A stretch of 62,409 bases of DNA, taken from an uncultured Ruminococcus sp. GTDB taxonomy: Bacteria > Bacillota > Clostridia > Oscillospirales > CAG-272. Location of the stretch: NCBI GenBank assembly GCA_964430105.1, contig CAYSEF010000001.1:82170-144578 (forward strand). Reading direction: 5' to 3'. Shown here piece after piece: positions 61,190 through 62,409 of this stretch (position 1 is the stretch's first letter; every line of letters begins with the position of its first letter). Made by a program: the position numbers and the translations under genes. The notes beneath the pieces were generated by a model. It did no database searches. It had not been told where the DNA came from and saw nothing but the letters and a program-made list of their open reading frames with translations.

Positions 61190-62062
61190 TTAATTGTTTA
61201 TAATGTCATAAATGCCGACGATGTCGTAACGGATATGTGATCCTTCCAGGAAGAAAAACATAGCATCCGTGTCGGCTTTAGAAATATCAAATTGCAGAGT
61301 TAAAGCGAATCGATCGTCAGAATATTCGAGCGGAAGTGAATTCATCATAAGCACTGTTGCACCAAGAGTATCACACGCAGATAGAAATGCACCATATTCA
61401 GAGCTGTCCAAAACAATTGATAAATCAAGATAGTTCATCTTTTGCGTTACAGTACTGCAAAACCATCCTTCGGAACTTTTCATGAGAAGTGCGAACCTCA
61501 TTAAGGAATCATCATTCATCTCAATATCAGTTGCCAAAGCAATCCACAGGTCATACTTTGAGATAAGCCTGCGAAATGAAGTCAGAAATCCGTCGCTTGA
61601 ATTAGAGATTGGCAAAATTGCATAGGAACAGCTACCATTGTAAACTTCTTCACAAACCTCACGAAATCCCGGAAAATATATCGCAGAAACTTTTGTAAAA
61701 CTATTGGCAAATCTGCTGTATGCACGATCTGAGAAGGTGTTCTGCAAATAAGCGATTTTCGGAACATCAATGTCACTGTCTGATTTTTTAAAATTTATCA
61801 GCTTTGCGCCATATTCATGAGAAAAAGCCATGCATAAAGCAGCAAACTCAGGTGAAATTATTTTTCCACCGATTGTTTCTTCAAAAATATGAGCGACTTC
61901 ATCCGCAGTAGGAGGTTCAGAACTGTTTTTCTTGTAATTTTTAGCCGTATCTGAAAACATTGCCTCAGTTAATTCGTTGATCAAAGCCTTTCGTGTGCTC
62001 ATAAACACACGATTACGGATAATAACTGTGGATTCGTCAGACTGTCTGCAAATATCAGTCAT
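61190..62062 (-). CDS. Divergent prephenate-dehydratase-like/ACT protein
   Basis: IAYL....S..A...F, F..V...V..G...YAILP..NS..G; RF motif; ACT-like C-terminus. Confidence 0.55.
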   Translation of the reverse strand: MTDICRQSDESTVIIRNRVFMSTRKALINELTEAMFSDTAKNYKKNSSEPPTADEVAHIFEETIGGKIISPEFAALCMAFSHEYGAKLINFKKSDSDIDVPKIAYLQNTFSDRAYSRFANSFTKVSAIYFPGFREVCEEVYNGSCSYAILPISNSSDGFLTSFRRLISKYDLWIALATDIEMNDDSLMRFALLMKSSEGWFCSTVTQKMNYLDLSIVLDSSEYGAFLSACDTLGATVLMMNSLPLEYSDDRFALTLQFDISKADTDAMFFFLEGSHIRYDIVGIYDIINN

Positions 62063-62409
62063 TAGAGCTTACCGAGAAGATCGTAGCTATCGTCAAGGAA
62101 TGCGACAAGCTCTTCTGCTGAAAGTTGTCTTTGAGAAAGGGAAGAGAGCATATAAATATGATGTGCAATTTTCTCTGCTAAATCGTTCTTGCCTTCATCA
62201 AGATATCCTGTCAGTTTTTCAATGAGAGGTGATGCGGTGTTGAGAATCAAAGTTTCTTCTACCGGCATACCTCCATCCATTTTGTAAAGCTTCATCATAT
62301 CATTCATACGTCGAGCTTCTTCTGAAATATTGAGAATAGCAGGAGTATTGGCATCCTTAAAGCGATCAAATTCGACCTTGATTTTGTCATTGACGACTTT
62401 TTTGAACAG
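62062..62409 (-). CDS. htpG: Chaperone HtpG (Hsp90), C-terminal part (5' end beyond the window)
   Basis: PAIL..SE..RRM..MM, TLILN...PLI.KL, HIY.L..L.Q..L...EL..F. Confidence 0.8.
   Translation of the reverse strand: MFKKVVNDKIKVEFDRFKDANTPAILNISEEARRMNDMMKLYKMDGGMPVEETLILNTASPLIEKLTGYLDEGKNDLAEKIAHHIYMLSSLSQRQLSAEELVAFLDDSYDLLGKL

Overview
AT-rich chromosomal window from an endospore-forming Clostridia-class Firmicute (Oscillospirales-like by gene content; inference). It is mostly housekeeping: a Na+-translocating decarboxylase operon, gltX-glnS, tRNA-Lys, lgt-folD, rplU-prp-rpmA, spoIVB, phoP/phoR with a Na/Pi cotransporter and Pho boxes, metNIQ, MBOAT/DHHW, hslO, pcrA, proS, rodA, ilvE, pgm and the 3' end of htpG. 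The main anomaly is sigG, the forespore sigma factor gene. It has a SigF-type promoter but breaks off after ...STYAVPM, at the centre of a 46-bp site with perfect 13-bp inverted arms that looks like a recombinase att site. It is followed by a coupled ORF with homing-endonuclease-associated-like repeats, which lies in a 556-bp tandem duplication. No 3' half of sigG and no recombinase is seen in the window. Other candidates: an unannotated 54-aa protein that is 69% Gln/Asn behind a SigG-consensus promoter, a complete Lys-D-Asx peptidoglycan cross-bridge operon (asnH-D-Asp ligase-racemase-murE), a dispersed REP-like hairpin family, a promoter/terminator-bounded sRNA facing the tRNA, and a leader-peptide attenuator upstream of metNIQ. 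All family calls come from motif recognition by eye; no searches were run.
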